Shown here in pieces: positions 19,501-27,934 of a DNA stretch of 64,000 nt (position 1 is its first letter; the number at the start of each line of letters is the position of its first letter). The position numbers and the translations under genes were made by a program. The DNA is from Myxococcota bacterium (GTDB taxonomy: Bacteria; Myxococcota_A; UBA9042; PHBI01; JAWLBL01). Below the pieces are notes generated by a model that was given only the letters and a program-made list of their open reading frames with translations, had not been told where the DNA came from and searched no databases. The stretch covers positions 1 to 64,000 of the forward strand of contig JAWLBL010000011.1 in NCBI GenBank assembly GCA_041687695.1. The letters are read 5' to 3'.

Positions 19501-22500
19501 GGCATGCAGGCCCCGCTCGTGCTGCAGCTGCAGGGCGTCGAGGCGGGCCAGGTGGTCTCGGTCGACGTCCGCAAGGCCGGCCAGGCGACCGGCACCGTGG
19601 TCACCCACACCGTGACGACCACCGTCTCGGGCGCGACCCTGTACACCGCCGACTTCGGCGTCGTGACCTACCCGGACGGCGCCGTGCTGCTCAAGGCCTC
19701 GGTCAGCGACGCGGCCGGCAACACGGCCACCAAGGACAAGCCCGTCTCGGTGCAGGCCAGCGCCCCGACGGTCGTCCTGCTGGCCCCGACCTGGCCGGGC
19801 GACGGCTGCGGCGCCTGCGCCTCGACCGCCCTGTGCAGCGACGGCGCATGCTGGCACCGCTGGAGCCAGAGCTACGCGTCGCAGACCGGCACGGTCACCA
19901 TCAGCACCTCGGGCTTCGTGACCGACAACAACACGAACAACCTGCGCATCTGCAGCGACCACCCGTCGCTCGCCGGCAGCAAGCCGGCCTGCGCCACCGG
20001 CGGCTACTTCGAGATCGCCCGCGCGACCGCGACCGGCTCCAGCCAGTTCTTCACGCCGACCTCGCTCCTGCCCGCCGGCCAGCAGACCCTCATCGCCGAG
20101 CTGCGCCCCGCGCCGGGCGAGCCCTGGCTGGCCAGCCTGACCGCGCAGGACACGCGCCAGCGGCTGCGTCGCGTCCTCGTCGACCTGACCCCGCCGCAGG
20201 TCACGTCGCTGTCGAGCCCCAGCGACACCGAGGCGCCGACCGGCGTGCTGAACGCGGCCGAGCAGGAGCCGTCGCAGCCCGCGCGCACCTACCGCGTCGC
20301 GGCCCAGGTCACCGAGGACGGACCGGTCGACTTCTACGTCCAGAACACCAAGGTCAAGACGGTCGAGGCCGTCGGCGGCGCGGTCGAGACCACGCTGACC
20401 CTGGTCAGCGGCGGCAACGAGATCTACGTCATCGCCCGAGACGCGGTCGGCAACGCCAGCGCCGCCCCGCCGACCGGGCCGGTGTACGCGCCGACCGTCG
20501 ACATCGTCGCGCCGGTCCTGGCCTTCGACAACCCGGTGCCTGGCACCGGCACGTATGGCCTCGGCGCGGTCCTCGACGTCGTGCTGGACGTCGGACTGCA
20601 GGCCTACGAGCAGACCGCCTCGGTGCAAGCCACCCTGTTCGACGGCGGCGTCGAGGTCGGCGCGCAGCCGGTGGTCGGCGGCGGCGCCACCTTCGCCGGC
20701 GCGCTGACCGAGGGCAGCCACACCTTCACGGCCAAGGTGACCGACCCGGCGGGCAACTCGGCGACGGTGGCCACCAGCCCGGCGACGGTGCTGGTCGACC
20801 TGACCCCGCCTGCCGCCGCCATCGCCTCGCCCGAGGCCGGCGTGCAGCTGACCGACGACTCGGACCCCGGCCAGTCGGGCTTCCAGGTGCAGGTGGACTT
20901 CAGCGCGGGCGAGGCGGCCGGGCCGGTCGACTGGAAGCTCGAGATCGCCGTGTGCCCCGACGCGACCTTCACGGGCTGCGGCGCGCTGTCGACCCGCGCG
21001 AGCGGCACGGCGACGGGCGTGACCGACCTCACGCGCCAGCTGACGCTGAACATCGTCGACACGGTCAGCCACCGACGCCTCGTGCTCACGACGACCGACC
21101 AGGCCGGAAACACGGCGACCGACGAGGTGACCTTCTCGGTCCTCATCGCCAACTGCTTCGTCAGCCTGACGAACCTGCCGGCGAGCGGCTGGCTCAACGC
21201 CTCCCACTGCCTCGAGGGCACCGCCTGCGACGCCGCGATCGTCGCGCAGCCCACCGGGGCCTGCGGGTCCAACACGACCATCGAGCTGTACGACGGCGCC
21301 ACGCTGCTGGGCAGCCAGACGGTCGTGGCGGGGACGGACGCGACCTTCGTGGTGCCGGTGGCCGACGGGCAGCAGCTGGCGCTGCAGGCCAAGGCGCTGC
21401 TCGGGACGGTCGAGGTGGGCGAGAGCTCGCTCGAGAGCGTCACGGTCGACCTGACGCCGCCGGAGGTGACGCTGGTCGCCAAGGACGTCGACGGGTTCAC
21501 GACCCCCGCGCCGCCGGCCTCCGAGGACGACATCGTCCTGTACAACGCCGGCCACGACGCCAACGCGGTCGTCCCGGGCTTCCAGGGCCGCGCGGTCGTC
21601 CGCATCACCGACGCCAACGCGGCCGGCGGTGGCCTGGTGCAGGTCGTGCGCACGACCTCGGGCGGGCCCGCGACGCTGACGCCGAACGTCCAGACCGACA
21701 CGCCCGCGGACGGCGTGCTCGAGCTGACCCTGCGGACCCTGACGCTGCTCGATCAGGAGACGAACCTGGTCGCCATCACGGTCGAGGACGCGGCCGGCAA
21801 CACGGTCACCGTCGGCTACGCCGCCGCCGTCGACGTGCAGCCGCCGGCCGCGGTCGCCCTGACCCTCGAGGGCTTCAACCCGCGCCTGCCCGGCGTGACC
21901 GTCAAGTGGACGGCCGTCGGCGACGACGGCACGACCGGGACGCCCGAGGCCTACGAGATCCGCTACAGCCGGTCCCCCATCACCGAGACCGACTTCGACA
22001 GCGCCTGCGCCGTCGGCGACATCGCCCACGCGGCGCCCATGCCCGACCCCGAGGCGGCCGGCGCGCAGCAGATCTACACGATCACCGGGCCGGACCCGCG
22101 GCCGCTGACCGACCCGTGCAAGTTCGCCTCCAGCCAGTCGCAGCCGACCTGGTACTTCGGCATCCGCGCCAGGGACGAGGTGGGGAACTGGTCGCCGGTG
22201 ACCGCCGCGTCGGTCCAGTCGACCAACCTGCTGACCTACGGGTTTTCGCGCATCGTGTTCAGCGACACCTTCCGCGACACGGTCGTCGGGGGCGTCGACA
22301 CGCGCCGCAAGTTCATCACCGCCTTCGGCGGGCTGGTGGGCGACGTCGACGGCGACGGCTTCGCGGACATGCTGGTCGGCAGCGGCCCGTCGGACGCCAT
22401 CTGCGTCATCTACGGCGCCGCCGACATGCCGGAAGAGGTCTTCATCGACTCGGCCTCGAACCTGACCAGCCTGACCGGCCCGCACCACGACTGCCTGGTC

Positions 22501-23745
22501 GGCGCCGCGAATGTGCTGCCTGGCGCCGTCCAGCTCGGCACGGCGGTCGGACCGGCGGGCGACGTCAACGGCGACGGCCTGGCCGACTTCTTCGCGACCG
22601 GCCGCGTCCCCGACGATCCCAACGCCGGGACGCTGGTCTACCAGGGCTTCGTCGCCATCTGGCTGGGCGTGCAGGACCAGGGCCCCGACCTGTCCGCCCC
22701 GCCCATCATCATCCGCGGCGCCAACCTCCCCACGGTCGGCGGCTACGTCTCGGCCTGCGGCGCCGGCAACTTCACGGGCGCGGTCAGCGCCGCCGGTCAC
22801 CCGATCGGCTCCTTCTCCGTGGGCGAGCCGGTGGCGGACCGCCTGACGGTCATCCCGGGCTCGGCCAGCTGGTCGCCCGACAGCCCGCGAGTCATCGATC
22901 TCGACGCGCTGGACGTCCCGGCCCTGACCTTCCAGGTCTCCGACGGCGCCTCGAACTTCGGCACCCGCTGCGACTGGGCCGGCGACCTCCTCGCGACCCC
23001 GGGCGGCGGCGTGGCGGCGACCGAGCTGCTGACCAACCACCTGGTCAACGTCAGCGGCAACGAGCACGAGCTGTTCGTCATCGCCGGGCGGCCCATCACG
23101 GGCACCTCGACGGTCAACGTCACGGCGCGTTCCGGCAGCGCGGCGACCGCCGAGGACGCCAACATCGTCAAGCTGCGCCAGGAGGCGGCCGGCTACCGCA
23201 ACAACTTCCCGTCGGCCTTCAACGGCAAGCACGACGTGACCGGCGACGGCACGCCCGACATCGTCGCGCTGCACTACTCGCGCGCGACGGCGCAGGGCGG
23301 CGACGGCCAGGCGCTGAGCGTGTTCGACGGCGAGCTGGTCCCGAACGGGCTGGGCAAGCGCCACCGCGTGGCCATCAGCGGCGCCAAGGACGGCAGCGTC
23401 TGGAAGGGCGCCAACGGCTTCATCGTCGAGACGGGCCTGGCCTCGAACCACAAGGCCGTGGCGATCTTCGACTGGGACGGCTGGACGTGGGAGGGGATGC
23501 CGCTCGCGGACCTGTTCGTGCCCGACAAGGCCGAGCCGGCCACGCTGCGCATCAACCACGCGACCACGCCCGGGGTCGTCGATCCGGGAATGTTCCCGGT
23601 GGTCGACGGCCTATTGACCAACCCCTGGGGCAGCGCCACCGGGGCCCTGACCTCGTGGGCGGACGGCGGCGCCGACCTCAGCGGCGACGGCGTGGCGGAC
23701 GCGGTGCTCGGCACGCACAATGGCGTGCTGGTGATCGTCCGCTAG
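16591..23745 (+). CDS. Giant surface lipoprotein: tandem bacterial Ig-like domains, an FN3-like domain and a C-terminal FG-GAP region
   Basis: Lipobox FLAAC; repeated (A/V)TDxAGN and VDxTPP Ig motifs; WTAVGDDG...YEIRYS...RARDEVGNWS; GDVDGDGFADMLVG and GDVNGDGLAD repeats. Confidence 0.88.
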   Translation: MNRLLRVLLACAFLAACGDDPAKTDSDADIGDIDKGDVDEDGRGDVDDEVDAGPDGAGDTDGDVTPPAPTIDFWFVGAQGARGQGDEAVTLLPEDELAGFEQTENLQIQVAVATTGVSNGRQVTLVIDGANQGAETVTVTGDGAGVATFDQVSLKASDAGYEVKVQVTTLGGQSATATKQVTVLTEACDLALAPAAQDGCINEDADPETPGHQLRLTVTHAKGTCDRAELTFTKGDGEPQTLGPIDLDDEGVAVFDVTVAPEGEVYEGSVIVDARVLHPEHDSLAGSVLGAVYAFDNAAPVVTLTTPDPAVVAALTLAVDQDEDPTNGIQYPVQGTVEGAAEGTTVMIEVGGEAAGEAELVDGGFGLPSVSFTQSGPTTLVARATDACGNEGVATLEIPVYVDKVALAIAAPAEGAVLLAKDDGDPATADTFETAVVVKADDATPGAVIAVECRPASAGENTWFPAAQATVPDPAPEDGLFPVPVALPLDTFSNDVVCRASYGGPNPVTSAPVAFVVALPAPTLALTEPVEGAMLASKVVRLAGTAKGLDGQPLIVRLLHPTTQQVVLAVSAGTVTGGVFDFQLDLAAQGVPVTDGTWLLQVDAKDTWGNLVSDVGPAPQATVTIDTVKPLLVVLQPGTTFLDPIADPTLADEDPATPGYQTTIVVQMNNETQPTGAQVCLTVNGEALGCEAPSAEDFTATWTGVTLVPGAGNTVTATGADAFGNAANPLTLKLNLALQAPVVQILAPEAKHVTTAEAVAVTVKVSDPEKGTPQVGAVVTLHVGGADAGLTAADNGDGTYTFAEVPLAPGVNTLQALATWSGGDPGASAVRQVTRKTDAPTVAVTAPADGTVINLQSSLCLGTSLDCTANVTVATTSAEDGSAVTLTVACGAGSTELTGVVAAEAATFTGVTLTHGGDCTLTAQVTDLAGQQATSAPVVVTVDRAAPTITGFTQPAGDFLLYYNDLSTDEGMQAPLVLQLQGVEAGQVVSVDVRKAGQATGTVVTHTVTTTVSGATLYTADFGVVTYPDGAVLLKASVSDAAGNTATKDKPVSVQASAPTVVLLAPTWPGDGCGACASTALCSDGACWHRWSQSYASQTGTVTISTSGFVTDNNTNNLRICSDHPSLAGSKPACATGGYFEIARATATGSSQFFTPTSLLPAGQQTLIAELRPAPGEPWLASLTAQDTRQRLRRVLVDLTPPQVTSLSSPSDTEAPTGVLNAAEQEPSQPARTYRVAAQVTEDGPVDFYVQNTKVKTVEAVGGAVETTLTLVSGGNEIYVIARDAVGNASAAPPTGPVYAPTVDIVAPVLAFDNPVPGTGTYGLGAVLDVVLDVGLQAYEQTASVQATLFDGGVEVGAQPVVGGGATFAGALTEGSHTFTAKVTDPAGNSATVATSPATVLVDLTPPAAAIASPEAGVQLTDDSDPGQSGFQVQVDFSAGEAAGPVDWKLEIAVCPDATFTGCGALSTRASGTATGVTDLTRQLTLNIVDTVSHRRLVLTTTDQAGNTATDEVTFSVLIANCFVSLTNLPASGWLNASHCLEGTACDAAIVAQPTGACGSNTTIELYDGATLLGSQTVVAGTDATFVVPVADGQQLALQAKALLGTVEVGESSLESVTVDLTPPEVTLVAKDVDGFTTPAPPASEDDIVLYNAGHDANAVVPGFQGRAVVRITDANAAGGGLVQVVRTTSGGPATLTPNVQTDTPADGVLELTLRTLTLLDQETNLVAITVEDAAGNTVTVGYAAAVDVQPPAAVALTLEGFNPRLPGVTVKWTAVGDDGTTGTPEAYEIRYSRSPITETDFDSACAVGDIAHAAPMPDPEAAGAQQIYTITGPDPRPLTDPCKFASSQSQPTWYFGIRARDEVGNWSPVTAASVQSTNLLTYGFSRIVFSDTFRDTVVGGVDTRRKFITAFGGLVGDVDGDGFADMLVGSGPSDAICVIYGAADMPEEVFIDSASNLTSLTGPHHDCLVGAANVLPGAVQLGTAVGPAGDVNGDGLADFFATGRVPDDPNAGTLVYQGFVAIWLGVQDQGPDLSAPPIIIRGANLPTVGGYVSACGAGNFTGAVSAAGHPIGSFSVGEPVADRLTVIPGSASWSPDSPRVIDLDALDVPALTFQVSDGASNFGTRCDWAGDLLATPGGGVAATELLTNHLVNVSGNEHELFVIAGRPITGTSTVNVTARSGSAATAEDANIVKLRQEAAGYRNNFPSAFNGKHDVTGDGTPDIVALHYSRATAQGGDGQALSVFDGELVPNGLGKRHRVAISGAKDGSVWKGANGFIVETGLASNHKAVAIFDWDGWTWEGMPLADLFVPDKAEPATLRINHATTPGVVDPGMFPVVDGLLTNPWGSATGALTSWADGGADLSGDGVADAVLGTHNGVLVIVR

Positions 23746-23819
23746 GTTTGCGGTAACAGATACAGCCGTCGGAGCCGGCGCGTCGCGCGCCGGCCGGTCT
23801 CAGTGGAAGGCGTACGGAC

Positions 23820-24005
23820 GTGAACGAAACGAAACTGCGTGACGACAGCGGCGCCGAGGCTCCGGCCGCGGGGCGGGACGGGCGCAAGCCCTGGGAGCCG
23901 CCGCGTCTGGACAGCGGCCGCGTCTTCGAGCGGGTGCTCCTGTCGAGCGGCACGACGTGCACCCCCTCCGAGCTGGAGATGTGCGCGCCGCCCTATTGCG
24001 AATGA
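23820..24005 (+). CDS. Putative RiPP precursor peptide (61 aa)
   Basis: Leader motif KPWEPPRL resembles the RRE-binding (Y/W)xxPxL motif. Core SGTTCTPSELEMCAPPYCE has 3 Cys. GGAAGG RBS; the stop overlaps the next ATG (ATGA). Confidence 0.75.
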   Translation: MNETKLRDDSGAEAPAAGRDGRKPWEPPRLDSGRVFERVLLSSGTTCTPSELEMCAPPYCE

Positions 24006-24895
24006 GCGCCGCCACCGCGGAGCCGCCATCGGCCCCTGAGGGGGTCGAGGCGCTCCGCGTCGGCCCGCTGCGCGTCACCTCGACCCTCGACGGCCCGGGC
24101 GCCCGCCGCGCGTTCGCCGCCTTGCGTGAGGCCTACGTCGACGTCCCGCGGGCCACGGTGGCCGAGGCCACGCTGGTCCTCGAGCGCTACGATGGCCCGG
24201 GCGAGGTGGGCCCCGCGACGCTCGCGCTCGACGGCGACGCCAGCGGCCGATACCACGGCCGCTGCGGCCGCTGGGACGCGCGGCTGGACCTGTCGGACCC
24301 ACGGCGCGCGCGGGTCGTCGGGCGGCTCCCGCGCGACATGGCGGGCGAGGACCGGGTCGCGGCCATGGCCACGACCCTGACGCGCCTGGCGGCCGCCGCG
24401 GCGCTGGTGCCGCTGGGGGGCTTCCTGGTGCACGGGGCGGCGCTGGTCCGGCCCGGCGGGGGCGCGGTGCTGTTCGCGGGCCCGAGCGGGGCCGGCAAGA
24501 CCACGATGACGCGCCGGCTGCCCGGCTGGACGGCGCTGGCCGACGACACGGTCCTCATCGAGTGGGACGCGGGGCAGGGCGCCTTCTACGCCGGCGGGAC
24601 GCCGTTCCGCGGCCACGAGGGCCTGCCGCGGACGGGCCTGCGGGCGCCGCTCGAGCGGGTCGCGGTGCTGGCCCCCCACGCCGCGCAGGGGCGGTGGAGC
24701 GCGCTGGACGAGGCGAGCGCGTTCGCGTCGCTGATGGCGCGGATCATCTGGTTCGTCCGCTCGGGGCCGCTGGTCGACGACCTGACCGAGCTGGTCCAGC
24801 GCTGCGCTCAGACCGTGCCGTTCGGACGGCTCGAGACCTCGCTCGAGCACGACGTCGCCGCGCTGCTGGCGTCGGCCGGAGAGGGGGCGCGATGA
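24002..24895 (+). CDS. HPr kinase-related P-loop protein (ScmC-like)
   Basis: HGAAL...LFAGPSGAGKTT...LADD...GTPF; ATGA overlaps at both ends. Confidence 0.8.
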   Translation: MSAATAEPPSAPEGVEALRVGPLRVTSTLDGPGARRAFAALREAYVDVPRATVAEATLVLERYDGPGEVGPATLALDGDASGRYHGRCGRWDARLDLSDPRRARVVGRLPRDMAGEDRVAAMATTLTRLAAAAALVPLGGFLVHGAALVRPGGGAVLFAGPSGAGKTTMTRRLPGWTALADDTVLIEWDAGQGAFYAGGTPFRGHEGLPRTGLRAPLERVAVLAPHAAQGRWSALDEASAFASLMARIIWFVRSGPLVDDLTELVQRCAQTVPFGRLETSLEHDVAALLASAGEGAR

Positions 24896-26037
24896 CCGGC
24901 ATGCTCGAGCGCGTCCGCGCCGCCTACCTGGCCGCCGGGCTCATCTCGCACGTCCACATCGATCTTCTGTACCAGTGCGATCTCGACTGCTTGCACTGCT
25001 ACCTGGACGACAAGGTCCAGCGCCTGCACGACACCGCCTTCTGGAAGGACGTGCTGGACCAGCTGGCCGAGCTGCAGGTCCTCGACGTCACGCTGAGCGG
25101 CGGCGAGCTGCTGCTCCGCAAGGACGCGCTGGACCTCATCGCCCACGCCCGGTCGCGCGGTCTGCTCGTGCACCTCAAGACCCACGCCGGCCGCATCGAC
25201 GACGCCGCCGCCGATCGGCTGGCCGCGCTGGGCGTGTCTACCATCAGCGTCAGCTACTACGCGACCGACCCGGCCGTCCACGACGCCATCACGCGCCGCC
25301 CCGGCAGCCACGACCGCACCTGGGCGGCCATCCGCCGCCTCGCCGAGCGCGGCGTGAACGTCAAGGTCAGCTGCCCCGTCATGGCCGCCAACCGCCACGC
25401 CTACCCGGACGTGGTCCGGGCCTGCGGCGACATTGGCGTCCCGGTCGCGCTCACCGGGCACATCTTCGCGACCCACGGCGGCGAGGCCTTCCCCGCCGAC
25501 GCCGCCCTGACCGCGCAGGAGCAGAGCGATCTGGAGGCCTTCATGGCCACCCTCGAGGCCGGCTGCGGCAAGACCCCGCCCGGCGCGCGCTGGGAGGACG
25601 CCTCGTCCTGTGGCGCGGGGCGCGTGACCCTGTACGTCAGCCCCCAGGCCGAGGTGCGACCCTGCGTCATCTGGCCGCAGCCGCTGGGCCGCCTGACCGA
25701 CACGCGCCTGGCCGACATCGTCGCGCGCTCTCCCGCCCTGGCGCGCATCCGCAGCCAGCGGCGCCGCGACCGCGACGTCTGCGCCGGCTGCGCGCTGCGC
25801 GAGCAGTGCGACTACTGCCCCGGGCAGGCCTTCACGGACTCGGGCGACCCGACCCGACCGGTCCGCTCGATCTGCGAGTCGACCTGGGCCCGGGCCAAGG
25901 CGCGCGCCCGGCTGGCGGGCGACCCCGAGCCGCCGCGTCCGCCGGGGCTGGACGGCCCCGAGCCGCCGCGGCGCTTCCGCGTCCTGTCGGCCGCCGAGGC
26001 CCGCGCCGCCGAGCGCGAGGCCGGCCAGGCGCCGTGA
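24892..26037 (+). CDS. Radical SAM/SPASM domain maturase
   Basis: CDLDCLHC (CxxxCxxC) and SGGE; SPASM CGAG...VRPC...CAGCALREQCDYCPG...C. Start ATG 24892. Confidence 0.92.
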   Translation: MTGMLERVRAAYLAAGLISHVHIDLLYQCDLDCLHCYLDDKVQRLHDTAFWKDVLDQLAELQVLDVTLSGGELLLRKDALDLIAHARSRGLLVHLKTHAGRIDDAAADRLAALGVSTISVSYYATDPAVHDAITRRPGSHDRTWAAIRRLAERGVNVKVSCPVMAANRHAYPDVVRACGDIGVPVALTGHIFATHGGEAFPADAALTAQEQSDLEAFMATLEAGCGKTPPGARWEDASSCGAGRVTLYVSPQAEVRPCVIWPQPLGRLTDTRLADIVARSPALARIRSQRRRDRDVCAGCALREQCDYCPGQAFTDSGDPTRPVRSICESTWARAKARARLAGDPEPPRPPGLDGPEPPRRFRVLSAAEARAAEREAGQAP

Positions 26038-26468
26038 TCCCGCTGAACGCCGCCGGCCTGGACGCCATGCGGGCGGACATGGCCCGCGAGCACCTGGCGG
26101 CCGGCCGCCCCCTGCGCGCGCGCGCCCACGGCCTGAGCATGTGGCCCTGCCTGCGCCCCGGCGCCTTGGTGACCGTCGAGCCGCTGGGCGCGCGGCCGCC
26201 TCGCCGCGGCGACGTCGTCCTGGCCGACTTCGGCGGGCGCCTGGTGTTGCATCGCGTCCTGCGCGTGGCCGGGGACCGCCTGTGGCTCAAGGGCGACGCG
26301 CGGCCGTCCGGCGACCCGCCCGTCGCCGCCGGGGCCGTGCTGGGCCGCCTCGCGCCGCGCGCCCTCGACCCGGTCCTGGCGCGTCTGTCGCCGCTGCTAG
26401 GGCGTCCGCTGGCGCTCGGCGCCGCGCTGACGCAGAGGTTTTTTGACCGCCTCCCGACCCGCTCCTAG
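26034..26468 (+). CDS. S24/S26 family peptidase-like protein
   Basis: GLSMWPCL, RGDVVL, LVLHRV and LKGDA motifs; the GTG start overlaps the rSAM stop (GTGA). Confidence 0.8.
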   Translation: MIPLNAAGLDAMRADMAREHLAAGRPLRARAHGLSMWPCLRPGALVTVEPLGARPPRRGDVVLADFGGRLVLHRVLRVAGDRLWLKGDARPSGDPPVAAGAVLGRLAPRALDPVLARLSPLLGRPLALGAALTQRFFDRLPTRS

Positions 26469-26515
26469 CATCGCCCCGCGATACAGGCCCCACGAGCGGG
26501 GGCGGGAGGCTGGGA

Positions 26516-27934
26516 ATGCGGTGGGCTCGAACGATGGCCCTGGCGGCGTGTGTGGCCGCTGGGTGCAGCGCCCGGGGCGATGAGGTCGAGCGCGAGCTCG
26601 AAGCGCTCCGGCGCGAGATCGCCGAGCTGCAGAAGCGTCCGGCCGTCGCGGCGGCGCCTCGGGTGCCCGCGCCGGCCGGCAACCCGGCGGGTCCCCCGCG
26701 CATCCCGGCCGCCCCGGACCCCAGCGCGCCGCCGCCGCTGCCGGTCGTCAAGCTGCAGCGCATCAAGGCCGACCCCTTCAAGGAGGGGCGCGAGCCGACC
26801 ATCCGCATCGGCAAGAAGGGGCGCGAGGCGCCTCCGGTCGCCAAGGAGCCGAGCGGGCCGCTCGAGTTCGACCGGATGGACGAGCACGGCAACCTGGTCG
26901 ACCGAGAAGGGCGCGTCGTCTACAAGGCCGGCACCTTCAGCCCGCCCATCGACACCCCGACCCCCGAGGCGCCCCCGGATCGCGTCTGGGAGGTGGCCGA
27001 CGACCCGCACGCCTCGCCGGCCGAGCGGGTCGACCGCGCCATGGGCGTGCCGCGCGTCGACGGCGTCTCGTCCGCGCCCGGCGCACCGCAGCCGGGCATC
27101 CGCCCGCTGCCCAAGCCGCGCCTGCGCGAGGTGGTGATCCGCGAGGGCGAGCTGCCCGACGACCTGCCGCTCAACCGCGACGACGCCATCGTCGTGCAGC
27201 CCGAGGCGCGCGATCCGGGCCCGCCGCCCGGCGCCGTGGGCGATCCGGACGAGCCGATCATCCGCGTCCGCAAGGACGACTACGCGCCGCCGCGGCCGGC
27301 GCGTCCGCCGACGCCGACCGATCTGGCGCCGGTGCCGGCGCCGGAGCCGCCCGCGGCGCTGCCCGAGCCCGAGCCGGAGCCCGCCCCGACCCCGGCCGCG
27401 CCGGCGCCCATGCCGCGCCTGACCCCGCCCCCCATGCCCGTCGTCGCGCCGCCGGCGCCCGTGGCGCCGCGTCCCATCGCCAAGCCGCGCTCGGCCCCCG
27501 GGCCGCAGCGGGTCATCCGGCAGGTGGCCTTCAAGGGCGCCAAGGACAAGCGCGCGAAGAAGCTCTACGAGCAGGGCTACGGCGCCTTCCAGAAGGGCGA
27601 CCACCTGGCCGCGCGCAAGAAGTTCGAGCTGCTGCTCGAGCACTACTACGAGCACGATCTGGCCGACAACGCCCTGTACTGGCTGGGCGAGACCGCCTAC
27701 GGCCGCGGCGAGTGGCTGCAGGCCCTCGCCTGGTTCCAGGATCTCATCCTGCGCTACCCCGGCGGCAACAAGCTGCCGGACGCCATGCTCAAGTCGGCGC
27801 TCTGTTACGCGCGCCTCGGCGATGCGTCGTATGCGGTGAAGATCCTCACCGACGTCGAAGCCCTCTTCCCCTCGCAGCCGGTCGCGGAGGTCGCCCGTGA
27901 GCGGCGCCTCCAGCTCAGCGACGGAGGACCCTGA
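26516..27934 (+). CDS. ybgF: YbgF/CpoB-like TPR lipoprotein with a long Pro-rich linker
   Basis: Lipobox AAGC, short coiled coil, and C-terminal LADNALYWLGE...YPGGNKLPDAMLK TPRs. Confidence 0.72.
   Translation: MRWARTMALAACVAAGCSARGDEVERELEALRREIAELQKRPAVAAAPRVPAPAGNPAGPPRIPAAPDPSAPPPLPVVKLQRIKADPFKEGREPTIRIGKKGREAPPVAKEPSGPLEFDRMDEHGNLVDREGRVVYKAGTFSPPIDTPTPEAPPDRVWEVADDPHASPAERVDRAMGVPRVDGVSSAPGAPQPGIRPLPKPRLREVVIREGELPDDLPLNRDDAIVVQPEARDPGPPPGAVGDPDEPIIRVRKDDYAPPRPARPPTPTDLAPVPAPEPPAALPEPEPEPAPTPAAPAPMPRLTPPPMPVVAPPAPVAPRPIAKPRSAPGPQRVIRQVAFKGAKDKRAKKLYEQGYGAFQKGDHLAARKKFELLLEHYYEHDLADNALYWLGETAYGRGEWLQALAWFQDLILRYPGGNKLPDAMLKSALCYARLGDASYAVKILTDVEALFPSQPVAEVARERRLQLSDGGP

Noticed and set aside
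16582..23559. 2325-aa minus-strand ORF
   Set aside because: Antisense shadow of the Ig lipoprotein, caused by high-GC codon bias.
23820..26468. Lasso peptide or PQQ biosynthesis cluster
   Set aside because: There is no asparagine-synthetase-like cyclase or B2 transglutaminase-like protease, no pqqB or pqqC, and the peptide lacks the ExxxY motif of PqqA.
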